Of a DNA stretch of 64,000 bases, positions 24,901 through 38,817 are shown one piece after another. The notes under the pieces were generated by a model that saw only the letters and a list, made by a program, of their open reading frames with translations, did no database searches and was not told the DNA's origin. Made by a program: the position numbers and the translations under genes. How positions within the stretch are numbered: position 1 is the stretch's first letter; each line of letters begins with the position of its first letter. Origin of the DNA: Styela clava (Eukaryota); contig NC_135253.1 in the NCBI RefSeq assembly GCF_964204865.1, positions 6,882,001-6,946,000 of the forward strand. Reading direction: 5' to 3'.

Positions 24901-27900
24901 ATTTACTAACCTTGTGTTGCTTGCCATGACAAGTTTATTTTTGTATTCATCAATTTTTCCGTGATCTTTTTCCTTGTCTGAAATATATTTTAGTCCTATA
25001 AATATTCATCCAGATATATATTATCTAACGTTAGTTATTCTCACTTACCTATCCGCATTTTACTATGAGCGGTGCTTGTTGATGCCACATCATCGACACT
25101 TCCCATTGAAATATCAATATTTTCTAAAAACAAGTAAAATAAGGTTTTGTGTTTCATTATCGTTAAATATTCATCATACAGACTGCGTTTGATAATTGCA
25201 TATGAGTATATAGCTTAGTATGCGATATGGAAGTCAGAAAGCAAAACAATCTAAACTTCAATCAATTTCCACAATTCCTCAAATGAGAGAAAGAATAAAA
25301 AAAGTAATATAGTATTAGTGTGAGGACGGAAAAAAAATATGTATGCATGGTTTGTTAGAGATATTTTATTTAAAACATTTGTGTTTTACGTTTGAGGAAT
25401 TATGTTAGTTACATATAGCTTTAGTTTGAGTTTCACTATATATAAAAAGATTTCACTCATACGAATGAGAAAATTTCATCCATATTTACATATTTAGGAA
25501 GTCGAAGTACGCTTTGAATAATTTAATTTTAGTTCTGAAGAATATTTATATATTTTTATATATGATTTAGTATGAGGTGATGTAAAATCTCAGCTTACTC
25601 TCGGAATTCAAAGATAGATATCCAGAATCTAATGACACTGGCCGACCTGTAAAAAGGCAGAAAAAATACAAATGACCAAAGTACATAAATTGCATCACAA
25701 TATGGTTGATTTCAATTCAACTAAATTTTAATTTTGTATTCAAGATAGCTAATATATATATCCAGCTGTGTATCCAACAATAAATTCCACTGTTCATTTT
25801 CTTATGCATCGAATTTTACATATTTTGCAATTGGACAAAGAAAGCAATTGAAATGTTTTTAACTCACTTGCATTTTTTTCATTTTTTTTCTGATTTCTTA
25901 TTTTTATAAATTCTTTGTTGACGACATCGAGGGGGACTTCCATTTCCTGTTTATGCAAAATAGATGATTTCACAGATGCAATATTATGACTTTAAGTAGG
26001 CTCTATTTACTGTCAGGATAACTGAATTGTTGTTGTTCGACTTACCATATGAAATCTGATACGAATTTGCGTAATATTCGAAAAAAAAATCGATTTATTT
26101 GTTATAATTGACAATATATCATAAAAATTAAATAAAAAATAAAGGTGTTTGTTTTAAATATATTTCATTTGGTGTCTCACCTGTTCATAGTATAAACGAA
26201 GAGCGCTTTTCGAAGTTTTGAACCAGGTAATATTCAAGTTTTTCTGCTGCAAAATGAATTTGTAAAAATTAAACAAGGATGGTTATGATATAAAAAATTT
26301 AAATTTTGCCGGGGCATATTTCATAAGAAAATATGTTAAATGTTTTATGCTTATCTCAGTTTTGTTGTCTTGGTCACAGCAAAGTAGTTTCCCTTTTAAG
26401 AGAACTTATGTTTTGCCTATTTGTGCTTTTTATATGGAATGTACCTGGGTCTGAAGTTGTATTTTTCAGTTTTCGAAAGTTAGTAAATGTTACTAAACAG
26501 TTTAATTATCAATCATTCAAATATTATTCTACCTTGTGTCTGAGTAAATATGCTTTATCGACCTCTGACAAATCACCCATCCTGGACCTGCAATTTGTCA
26601 ATACCAATCTTTTGGTTACAGCATTGTTTGAAAGTATCTGCTCCAACCACCGCAATGAAAACCAGTTCAGCTCACAAAACGATATGTCTAAAACCTCCAA
26701 CTAGAATATAATTAAAAAAAATGAGGGCATTATTTAATACTTTAAAAAAGAAATTCGCCAATAATTTAATATTGATCGGAATCAATATTGTCAATCAATA
26801 TTGCCAATTGAATGTTGATTGGCATTGGAATTGGTAAACAACATTTTTACCCATAATTAACACAATTCATTTTTATCGTTTAAGCTGAGTTTATTTAATT
26901 GATATACAATTGACCTATTAATTTCGTGATATTTACCTTCATATTACTAAACAAGAGAGCTACGCCCAAATATATGGACACTTCTGTTCGCAGTACAGTA
27001 CGGTTTACCGTACCGTCAGATCACAGTCTACAAATATATTCACACCAAGCGAAGCAGTACAGTAGGACACAAAATGGCGTCCGATGTCCGCAGAACGTTT
27101 AATGACGTCATAGCAAACAATAACAAATCTCACAGAGCTAACAGAAATATTTGAAATGAATAAAAGTAATAGCCTTCTGGGGAATCTTCTTCAACCACTA
27201 AACCACTGAAAATTTCAAAGCAATTGGTCCAGTATTCGAAGAGAAAAGCTGTTTTTTAATATTTCCACTAGGTGTGTTATTCTGTGTCAAAGAACAAGAA
27301 CAATATAATATTGAAATGATCGTAATGTCCACTACATGTCCAATAATCGATATTTTATCATGAAATTTATTGGTTTTAAATCATTCTACTAAATGATCAC
27401 ATTCTGTACATTATTATGCTACATAATAACAGCTTATATTTTCTCACGTGTTTGCAACATTTGAAAACCGTCTTAAGCAACTCGGCGCAATGCAATCCAT
27501 CGAAGTTGATGAGCTTGGCTAGTTTCAATGATTTAATTGATTTCTGGCAGATGAGAGTACAAAGCTTAGAAATACAGTAGTCATCGACTGCATTTCCACT
27601 TAGATTCAACTCCAATTTCTGCAAAATATAATTTAATACGTAATAAATCAGGTATGGATTGACTAGGGTAGAAAAATAAAAACAGAATAATGAAATTCGA
27701 AAGAATTAGAAAGAAGTAAAAAAGAATATTCGAAGTTTGTTTTCTATAATAATAAAATCGCATAAACTTGTCGATATGAAATCAGCCAATTTTTTAATCT
27801 CAAAACGAACACCGTGTCCTAATTTTTCCTAATATTCATGTGAAATTTTCCCCTAAACGGAGTCTACCGATGCAATATAATATCTACCAATATTTTGTCA

Positions 27901-28556
27901 CGCACCAGAAATTTACATTTCTGTTACATTATTTATTTCTCCTCTACTTATTATATTGCTGAATTACTTGATTTTCTATATTTACAGATCACGTTCTCAA
28001 ATAGGTACCCTTTTATCGATGTCTAATGTTATCAACGATTATATTGCGATATTTTTCGTGATAATGTGATTCTCATAATCTCAAAAACGGTTTCTGCTTT
28101 GACTATTCATTGAATATACGATACGAAACATTTGAGAAGAGTCCAATTTTTTTTTCATTCCAACCTTTATGTGTAAATTGGAACGATTCTGGGACTTTAG
28201 GTCGCTTTATAATATCAAAATTTTGAAACTTATCAACCAGGGAAGCTTTTTTAACTTATTTCCATAACACACGAGGAGTGCCCTGTTTTCAGTAATCTCA
28301 CTTCTTCTATGTTGGTGTTTGCAATTAAGGACTCCAAAACATCCAAGGTCTTCTGAGAATCTTTTTTGAAGCATCCTTCGAGGATTACTTTTTTTAGGCG
28401 TGCTTTTTCAAGTTTGTGTAATACCCCGGAGAATGATTTTGTTGATACTTTCGGTAGAAAAATTTTAGAGCCATACTCTTTTTCTGATTTTTGGAAACAT
28501 CTCTTCTTCGCTTTCTTGAACTTCTTCTTCAGGAGCTCTATCGGTAATTCATTCAT
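21930..28556 (-). pseudogene. LRR-ZU5-UPA-like (PIDD/FIIND-like) gene, 13 coding exons, ~698 codons, disrupted in this copy
   Basis: Exons 28556-28260, 27618-27448, 26700-26533, 26246-26181, 25946-25868, 25646-25599, 25123-25049, 24977-24911, 24554-24482, 23979-23922, 23751-23005, 22502-22404, 22078-21930 join with consistent phases. LRR exons of 171 and 168 nt (LELNLSGNAV, LEVLDISFCEL). ZU5-like PVTSIIEVE..VSMP.W..W..VQLDHFC. In-frame TGA at 23147-23149 and first donor ATAAGT. The last two exons are less certain. Confidence 0.8.
26948..27346 (-). mobile_element. DINE-1/HINE-like (Helentron-associated) non-autonomous element in an intron
   Basis: Minus-strand end ...GTAGCTCTCTTGTTT resembles DINE-1 termini. 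Short subterminal inverted motif TGGACA/TGTCCA and an AAGAAC/AAC microsatellite. A related copy lies in the opposite orientation at 45900-47579. Confidence 0.55.
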
Positions 28557-29378
28557 AAGTTCTGATTATATGTATCGCGATACGAGTCTTAGACGTGTTT
28601 GATTATGCGTGCTTACTTAGACAGACTAGTATCACAATATTGGCTTGACAATATACTTTAAAATTTGTGATCTAACCTGATCGCGATCAATACTGGCTGT
28701 AACAACCAGACAAACGACCTGAATAGCCAATATATATCACAATTTAAATATTTTTTAAATATCCATTAGACTACTAGATCATGTTTCGTAAGATTCCTAC
28801 CATATCTTATTTCGAGCATAACAAAAATCGACTGATGCGACTTTCGATTCAGTAACACAATCGAAAACAAAAAAAATTGTTGTGAAATTCTGAGTAAATA
28901 AATAGCCTGTGATTCCACACGTTTGCGTTTATGACTCATTATATGATGTACTGTAAAATATTTAATTGAAGTTGATTTGGCGATGCTACATTCATTTTCA
29001 TTTTTTATGTTGCTTTGTAATCAAACACATTTTGTTTGTATGCCTTCTAAGTTACGAAAATTTACTGTTCTGCCAAACAATAGGACCTGGGGGCGAACGA
29101 CATCGATACTATTGATTACATTTCAATTTTCATTGACCTAAAACAAAGCAAAAATATATCAATAGTGAGCAACATGATCTTATCCTACAGAATAATTAAT
29201 GTTCACTAGTGCCCACACAATACTTACATTTTCTCAAAATGTATAACTTTTACTTCTTTTGTTATAAATAAATAGCATTAGAAACGAAATGAGAAGATGA
29301 CGACAATATCAAACATGCGACCGCTTTCTGTCTGACTTTCATATTTTGTACATATATATAAATTTTATTTTTATATAT

Positions 29379-30657
29379 CAGTGTTTCCCAAACTTTTTTT
29401 TTGTCAGCGCCCCCTTGGACGACTTTTTAACTAGCAAACTTTATTTTTCATTTATCATTAGTATAATGTGTGGGTTGAGCCTGGTGAAATACCACCACCT
29501 TGATAATATCTGGCTTCATTTCAGTCAAAAACAGCCTTGAGTCTCGTCTGACACTGTCGAGGGAATCTCTCTTGTAAAAGTGGGGTCACTGCACTAAATA
29601 TACGCTCTACCAAAATTGAGCTGGCAAGAGCAATAAAGAAATTTTTGACCCGATCTCACACGTGAGGATCTTTCAATTTCATTCTGTTGCCAAAAAGATG
29701 GAACACTGGAAGTCTGAACATGGGTTTGAAACTATAAACCCATTTATCTCGAAAACGGAAACCAAAAATTTCTTAATTATCTCAAAAAAAAATTATTTAA
29801 TTTTATTTGCGCTCGAACTGCGGTTTGCTTATGAATATACTCAGAAGTTTTGCAAAATTTCCAACCACTCGTTGAGTTCTCTGCTGGAGCGCACCTTCTG
29901 CTGTCAGAACATGGAAATGAAAGAGTTCAAACGGCGAGCCGAAAAAAATCTGGCCATGACTTGAGGGATTGATAGAGGTGACCAGCAGTGGTTCCAGAAT
30001 GACGAGGCGTTTTTGGGGACCACACTGTATAATACTGTTTTTAATATACATCAAATAATATGCTGCTTTAGTCACTGTATTCGACAGTTTGAACTTACGC
30101 AACACAAATGATAAACCGACATTAAACAATGTCAGACACAACATGATTTAACTACAAGCTAGATCTTTGCCGTTTGCCGATTTATGTATTACATATGTTG
30201 CCTTATTCAATGACACGAAAGATGAAAATGAACCAGTTAAGTCGCAGCATGGAAATTGGTCCTATCTGGCGTTCGTCAGTTCAATCAGATGCCCAGCTCT
30301 CACGTATTTCTCCTAACAAAACCAAAATTATAACATAAGGGTGTTGGACTTACTCTACCGCTTAAAAGCACTTTAGAACCCTATAGTAAATGAAGCTGGG
30401 ATTCAATACAGTACAACGAAACGTGAAGTGCATTGTGGAGGATGCATATGCCGTATGCGCTAGACTAGTGTTATCATGAAACGATACGGATTTAAAAAAA
30501 AGTCATAATACCTACGTTGAGCGAGAAATTTCCAACACCGAAATCACAAGCAAATTAGTTTGAACCAAAGCATAGGAGTAAACGACATAAAATATGACAG
30601 CTCTTGTGAGTTCCCGTATTGATGTCAGCGCCCCCAATCGCCCAGTTTGACAGCATT
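29379..30657. mobile_element. Degraded hAT-like element
   Basis: Left end CAGTGTTTCCCAAAC...GCGCCCC and degenerate right end GCGCCCCC..CCCAGTTTGACAGCATT. TSD not resolved and no clear transposase motif. Confidence 0.45.
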
Positions 30658-30929
30658 TCAAGTAAACATTAAAACTCTTATGTAAACATTAAAACTCTTT
30701 AGTAAGAATTATATGTAAAATATTTATCATATATTAGTTTTCTTTAACACAATTTTGTTAATCCCGAGTGATTTAATATTCTTTGGCAACCGCTGCTATA
30801 GCATAAGATAGTGGACACTTGCGACTTGACTTTCGCACAATACTAGCTAACGATTCATGAGATATTAAATGAATAAGGTAATTTTTATGAATAGTGGGGG
30901 AGTGATAATGAGCTCTCAAACCAAAGCTG

Positions 30930-31090
30930 CAGCACAACGCGTCAACAAACGTGGTTGGCGAACGAAGCCTCGACCGACAAGCCATCACGTAAACTATCTC
31001 ACGATGTCAGAAGTCCAGTATTCCAATCGCACATTGTCACACTCAAATCCCTTGTGAGATTCGAACCTACTTACGTGCCCGCGTAGATTG
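30930..31090 (-). mobile_element. Possible tRNA-derived SINE fragment
   Basis: Pol III B-box GGTTCGAATC on the minus strand (~31059-31068) in a GC-richer patch. No cloverleaf could be folded. Confidence 0.35.
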
Positions 31091-32445
31091 CCACAAATCT
31101 AAATAAATGCTTCAATATTGTATAACACACTGGTATTTCCAGATTTAGGCGATTTAGGCAAAGCTGCTTTTGGATTGTGTTTATCATTTCCATGAGCTAT
31201 GTTTCACGATGTATTTTGCCCTTTTTCAATTAAAGCTTCTCTCTGATATCTCTCTGAAGTAAAAATTGCTGTTAAAATATTATGACTTTGGTGTAGGTAC
31301 TAACTTGGCAATAAAGCTATCCGGTAAGAGTGGAAGTCGAAGTGAAAACTTTTTTCTACATTTTTTTAAAGTGTTATCATGGTAGCGTGCGCAGTTTTAA
31401 ATATGCGCTATTTTTCTGTAGTTTCACGGCAATGCAAAGGAATATTTCAATGAAATATACAAAAGATACAAAAAAAAAATTCCCTCAAAACTTGCTCTAA
31501 TTTTAAAACAAGCTGTTTTTATAGAATTTATAAAAACAAAATCATAGTCAAGGATTGAATTTGAACGTTAAAGAACGCCAATCCATCAAACGCACCTTCA
31601 TTGTCCATATTGTCCAAGCACATTTTTTATCATCTGAGCTTATTTAAAAAAGAATACAGGTCCAAATCGAAATCATCATCATAATCTGCGGTTGGAATAA
31701 ACTGTTTCTGATGATGGTGAATCTAAAATATACTCGAATTCTATAATCACTGGCCGCCCATTATCTACTTCGTTGTTCACGCGCACTTAACAATGAAAAG
31801 ATTGTATGATTCAACAAAACTTTACAAAATAGGAATTATTTTAGATACCCAATAGACGCTTAGCAGGGGAAAACGGAGGTACTCAGCAACGTGTTCTAAC
31901 ATGGGTCAATTGTAGCAGAACTGTGATTGAATTGATATTATGTAATGGTAATGTTTATTGGTATTTTCAAGTTGCAGATTATAGAAAGAAAAAACATGAA
32001 AGTGAAACATGAAAGAAATTACAGTGGTCATTGGCTTTAGTACATTCGAAATATATTTTATATTAATATTTGAAAACAGATTTAATTCAAGTGCAAATAT
32101 CAATAGTTGATTCCGCTTTTATATAATTCTATGGATAATCATACAATCGGAAAATTACAAATATGCCATACAAATCTAGCATCGCCAATGACTATATTGG
32201 TAAAATACCTTCAAACCAGAGTCGCGATTTAGTTAATCTATATTGGCCATTCGTTTTTAAAATATCTACAGCGGAAAACCAAATACTCATCGGTATCCAC
32301 CAATGTGCCTGTTGATAAATAAAAGTCATATGATAAATGCCATATTTATTGAAGTATAGCACCTTCAAATACATTCGCATAAATAGTCATCGTCACCGCA
32401 TTAATCACTGTGATTCAAAAAAATTGCTTTTCTTTTTATTCTTGT

Positions 32446-35400
32446 TCAGGTCGAAGAAACCAAGGACTCTCTATCATCTTGTTCTTCCTCTTGAATAGTT
32501 TCAACTTTCAAGTTTTCGTCCATAGCTTTCAATTCAATATTTCTGAAATGGAAAGCCGACCTAAGTAAATTCGTAGTTAGAAATTTTAATATTAAATTAT
32601 ATATTCGAACGTATTTAAAACTTCAAGAAATAAAATGATTTCCCAGGCGAAGCTATAAATTTCAGTATGAAAATTCAACAGTGACCTGAAAGTAGATATT
32701 AAATTATAAATGTTCATCTTCTCTATTTCCATAATAATATACGCCAAAAAATTGTGGAAAATTAGCGCTTCAATTTAAAATAATCATTCAACGATATTGA
32801 GGCAATCGTTTGCACGCATGTAATACAATTCAAAATTGATCGAAACCTATTATATTTGGAGAGAATTTGAAGGCAATATTAAAATATATATGCTAATGAA
32901 CATTGCAGTTAAGTAAAACAGTTGTGATATTATTTTCATGTCCAATGGAAAGTCATTTAAAATTTAAATATTACATATTCTACGAACAAAACTACAAAGA
33001 TAGACTTTAAGGTATGTAAATATTTTTTGGGGTGTTTATTCCATACTCTTTTATATAAATTTGCGTTGTTGCAGTCGTTTTCCCCGGTGTGTAGCGTACC
33101 GTTTGGCTTTCCGGCGAAGAAGATACTGTCCTTTTCTTTACTGAGGTTCTGATCATCTTTACGGCTAATCTAAATCCAGATAAACCGATATAATCGACCA
33201 TAATAAAAATAATGCAGTAGGTATATTATGTTACAATTGGTATTTACATCGCATAAATCATATTATTTGTTGAATGAAAATGTCCATCGATCGTTATATG
33301 CCTTATTTTCTGCGTACAGTGACTAAAAAGCAAAAAAAAAAGATTTTTGCACCAATATGTGAAATAAAGTTGTGATTATTTAGTCAGCTTGAAGCACATA
33401 TAAATCACATGTACGAGTTGGTTCTCTCATTGTCAATTTAACTGAATATATGTATACATCGCGTTTGCAAAGTAGAAAATATCTAAAATATGTGATTTAG
33501 TATATAGAAATACCTGAATCGTTTTCCAAATTTTGTTCCGATAAAATTATAAACGTATGGATTTATAGCGGAGTTAACATAGCCAAATAAAGATGATATC
33601 ATTGCAATCCACCTACAATATTCGCTCTAGAAGATAGAATTATTTTTAAACATTATCATACATTGAAACTATTTTATGCTTAAGATCTGAATAATAGGTT
33701 GAGAGCTGAATAATTAACGTTGCTTCACGTTGTTTTGCGTTTGAGTTTTGATCGTATAGACACGATTAGATAAAGTCAAAAACTTAATCAGTTTTGCTTG
33801 CTGGAAAAACCATACCGTCGAAATATAATGATCTAATTACTTTTCATGCCAACTAAGAATAGGGGATAGCAATATGTTGTAAAGCCTTCGTGGAATGTGT
33901 TTGAAGGGACTAAGTTAGAGCACAATGTGTAATAAAATTAAACTCACAGATTTTCCAGGAATGCCTCGGATTTTTGCTAAATGCACAGCGTGGAACGGAA
34001 GCCAGCACACAAGAAATAATAAAACAAGAATGAAACATGTGAACGTGATGCGTATTCGACTTTTTTCATTTTGAACTCTTCCAATTGGCGATTCTCGATT
34101 TCTCTGCTCATTCTCAAGTTCTGTCAACTCAACACCAGCTACTTCATTGGCTGATGTAGAACGGCGGATACGGGACCGTCTCAGACGGAAAGCGATCAAA
34201 GAATAACATGCTGACATTACCTTGAAAATAAATATTTTTTGATATGAAACAGAAAATTCCAATTAATCTACTTTTGAACACTTGAAATATCGAGATAAGT
34301 TGCTTCTGAATGGATAAATTGCACTCGTGTGATAATTTCCATCGTATGAACCGTTAGGGTATGACAAGTGGACCGAGTTATAGATCATGAAATAAAGCGT
34401 TTGGGTTGGCTATGTGCTCAATAAAAATACACATTTGGCATGAATGGAATGACAAAAATATAAGACACGTTTGTTTTAAAGCAATGTGTCTGAACCAAAT
34501 CCCTGATTTTTCTTTCTACGTTAGGCAATTGTAAGACCACAGATATTCAAAATTATAAAAGCTTGTTCAAAATGGAGCAAGTACAGACACACCAGTAAGT
34601 GCCAGAGTAAGTGTCATAGTAAGTGCCCACTTTGCTCTATAAATTGTTCAATTTGGTTGAGATTGACGATTAGCATATCACAAAATGTTTTTTATCAAGC
34701 ATGAATGAAATATAAAGACAGTCGTTGAAAAACTCACTAACAAAGGAAGGATGAACATTGCGACGAAGTTGAAAATTAGGTAGGTGGACCAAGCCTGACC
34801 ACTCGCTGCATATGAGCATCCCATTTCATGAATAATCTCTTCGCTTCTATCTTCTGGTATTTCAGAGGAACTTCCATATTCATAATAATCCGTATCATCG
34901 TAATAATCATAATGATAATCATCATTATATTCTTCGCTGAAATGTTTTACGTATTTTGAATATTTACTTTAGGTAAAAAGTTTTTAGGTAAAAATTGTTT
35001 TACTCACTAACTGTCATAATTCCAATCAAGCTTTACGCAGCTTGCACTATTCTTTGATTCATAATGTTTTTTTAAGCACTCTTCCCTCAGAGAAATATTT
35101 GTCCACATTCCTTCAAGCTCACATATTTCTTCTGAAGATTTTGGAAACGCATAACTGTTAATAAATATTATATGAATTGCAATAAGCAGTGTGAATCGAA
35201 TTATAATTGAGCAATATTCTAAGTGCAATACGGTTACTTCTTATAGAGTTTTTTTGTACAACGTCTAAGGGCCGAAGTTGTATTGCTTGTATCGTGAAAT
35301 TGACAACTTTCCGTTTAAGCAAGATCCGGAAATATCCAGAATCCGATTGAATTCAAACCATAAAACGCACGATTGTTGTAAAAGTTTTTGTTGAGTTTTA

Positions 35401-38020
35401 CTTGCGATTATTAATAAATGTCTGCTGCATTTCACTGTAAAATGACATTTTTCGTAGGGTTTCAGAGAGGAATTATCATTGGTGGCATTCTTGCCATTGG
35501 ATTGATGGTTGTTTATTTTCTATGCGGAAGTTATAAATGTCATAATACCATCAAACGAATAAAATTGGCAAGAAAAGAATTAAAAATGCTCTTCGCCAAT
35601 AAATATAGTGTCGAGTGTAAATATAAAACAATTTTCTGCGACCACCATTCTAACAAAACGATTAGAAAGCTATGTATGTCGCCTATATGGATATATTTTA
35701 TACACTTCCGCGGCCATTTATCACCAAGGTAAACATGGTGGGCTAACTGCTGGTGAAAGTGCGAAAACTGGAAACATGAAGAAACATAAACATTCCTTAC
35801 ATAAGAATATGTCAGCAGTACCTTGCTCTCATTTTGTGAATGATTTCTGTCAATTTACTCTAGGTAAACTTTTACTTAGTCATAAGTGCAATGCATATTT
35901 ATCGACCGATTTTTACATAGAGAACCCAAATACAAGCTAAGGTAACAACTATAGAGCTAACTAGGATTCTTTTTGAATAAAACACACTAAAACATGGTAA
36001 AAATTTGAAATAAATTGGTATGATTGATATTACTTACTGGCAATGGCAATTCGGTTCTATTCCACGCTTATCGCTGTAAAGCATGATTGGAATGCACAGA
36101 AGAAGTGACAACATCCAAACAATTACAGTAATAATGTAAGCAGATCGTCTAGCTCGTAAACTTTGTGCAACACGCGAGAATCTGTGGCAAACAGCCATAT
36201 AACGATCAATGCTCATCAGCTAATAAAAAAACAAAACGAAAGTAAACAAATCGAAGTAGAACAAGAATACACAAGTTGCAATCTTGAATAAAATTACTCT
36301 TTTATATGTCGTTGTCGAAATTTATCATTTTCCATTGCAAGATATTTAAATCAATGGTAATAAAAACAGCGACTTCTTAGAGGTTGATGACTCTGTGATA
36401 ACATCTCTTTCCTTCTGACATTCGGGTACAGGTTGTAAGGCAGTTGCAGTAATAATTCAAAACATTGATTGAAATATTTTTGAAATTATAATTTACTAAC
36501 CATTAGGAACAAGATTGATGAATAATAATTTAAAAACAGGACTGTTTCTTTCATCTTGCATAATGTGCCTGAAAAAATCCATTCATCGTTTCTGTCTTCC
36601 ACTATTTTGAACGGTATATTAAGCAAAAACATTGAATCGGCAATTGCAAGCTGAAGTACGTACCTTGAAAGTAGTATTTTATCAAGTTAAAAAGCTTTTT
36701 CATAATACTTTTAAAGCAATATTTTCATCCTCATGGACCAAAATAGATCTTGGCATTGGTCTGTTATGATTACAAACGTCAAAGCATAACTTTATCAACC
36801 AGCGAACTAAGGATTAGGTATTAACACTCCCTGATGCGCTGTGTTGCTTGGAAGCTTCTATCCCCACAACTGGGCCGCAGGACGAAAAACTCAAATTAAA
36901 CCTTGGTATTTTATTTATAACCTTCCCTTGGCACTTATTTTAACTAATGTTGAATTTTACCACATCTTGTTATTTTGGTTTTGGTTTTTAAAAATGCAGA
37001 TTACTGAGGTTGCTTCACAAACTTCAATATAAACAAATAAATTTTGGCATGCCGGTTTGCTCTACAGTTAACTAAAATCTGGCGTAATTGTTGAACTGAA
37101 AAGTGTTGAATTTTGTAACATAGCAACGTATTCAGTAATCAGGCCACAAAGCTTGTATTAAGATGTGTTAAGGAACGAACCGACCATAATGCGGATACAA
37201 ACAGAACTACGTAACGAATAGTTCAGACATGTTCTCGATAATGACTACGTATTTGTTGTACTTGATGATATATTTTAACCGTATACATCTGAATAGATGT
37301 GTTGTCTAATTATATAGAATATGAAACATTCAAAGCATTTAAAAAGTTTTCTGCCTCCAGGTCCGACTCACAAACGTAAACGTGATGCTAGCCCACGCCT
37401 CAGGAGAAAGTATATTTTAGCCTCACCTATGTTCGCAAACTTTCCATAAGTTGATCATTTATGTAAAATCAAATCTTCAATACCAACCCATAAACAACAA
37501 TTTTAGCAACGCTTGATATACCAAGGAATGACGCACATTTTGGGTTATTGGCTTATTGGCTTATTTTGTAACCGCTAATTTATTTTTAAAACAGTCTTTG
37601 GCACTATGTCGTTTAATCGAGCAGAAATGTAAAATAACAGTAAGCAAATTTGTGAGGTGGAAACTATAAATTATATTGCGTCCAACATTGCTTGTTCAAC
37701 ACATCTAACGACAGGAGCTATCTCTGGCCACATGAATATGATATCTTCATGTGTAGTCAGTCCCATTTAAAACAAATTGATTGCAAGCATTGGTCATGGG
37801 TGTAAAAACTAATTTGTACTTGTACTATTTTGTGCATACATTCTTCTTACCAGTGAGAAATAGTTCTTCTGTGTTCTTTTAGTACCACTATCACAAATAT
37901 CACCGCCATGTTTCCTAAAATTCCAACGACGAAGACAAGTATTCGAAATACCATAAGTATGAGTCCATTCTCTTCTCCGCTTTCACTATTAGTATGATTA
38001 CCATTAGAATGATTGTTCAT
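32446..38020 (-). CDS. Class A (rhodopsin-like) peptide GPCR, somatostatin/opioid/chemoattractant-receptor-like, 488 aa, 9 coding exons
   Basis: Exons 38020-37851, 36663-36501, 36219-36038, 35154-35008, 34936-34738, 34220-33948, 33626-33514, 33169-33047, 32542-32446 all join in phase with GT-AG. Motifs: GILGN (TM1), LAIAD (TM2), WIF..LCK, SIDRY, W..P (TM4), FILP (TM5), CWLPFH (TM6), NSAINPYVY (TM7). N-terminal NHS/NHT glycosylation sequons. Confidence 0.95.
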
Positions 38021-38817
38021 TATGGATATCACTTTATTAATCTGTAAAATTTGTTACATGGTACAACTTCAAATTTTTAATATATAATATTCTGAATATT
38101 GCGTAACCTTGTACAGTGCTCACAAAATAAAAAAGTTTATACTTCCAAGATGTAACACGCTACATTAGGTCTTAATTAAATTCAAAAGTACGGTACGATA
38201 GCTGAATACCACTCTCGGACTGATCACGACTTCTGCTCGAACTATTTACCTTCTGTCGAGTCGCTCGCCATCTAAGCTCGTAATCAATTGTGATTTCAAA
38301 TCGGTTGTTTCATATTTACAAAAACGCGTTACTATATTTAGTGTTGAGGAATATTTTTGATTCCTCTTTTACAATTTTCTTGTTCTGGTGGTTTACAGCC
38401 AAGAACGATTCGGACGTTAACGTGTATTTGGTCTGTTATTATGGCTATACACAAATCATTGCGCGAACAGGCAGTGTGGTTGATTTATGTGATATCAAAT
38501 GCATTCACGTACATATATAGCGGTCTTGTGGTTTTGCACGAACAATAAATACTTTTGTAATATGTCATCCAAAACATTTTAATCAATCACCGTGCGATCG
38601 CTTACAGGGTACATTCAAAATAAATGTTCTCCCAAAAAATTATCATTTGAATTTTAAATTATGATGAAATACAATATCCATCATCAAGCTAAGTCAAGCA
38701 AAACGATTTGAGAAATATTGGGGACGCAAATTTCAAATCAATCTGAAAGGATTCAGTGCATGTATAATTTGAAATTATGATCATAGAATTGGCATTAGGT
38801 ACTTTATATTGTCTAGG

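Noticed and set aside
29662-30144. ORFs as an intact hAT transposase
   Set aside because: Short, and no recognisable catalytic or dimerisation motif.
31040-31090. tRNA gene
   Set aside because: Only a B-box is visible; no cloverleaf.
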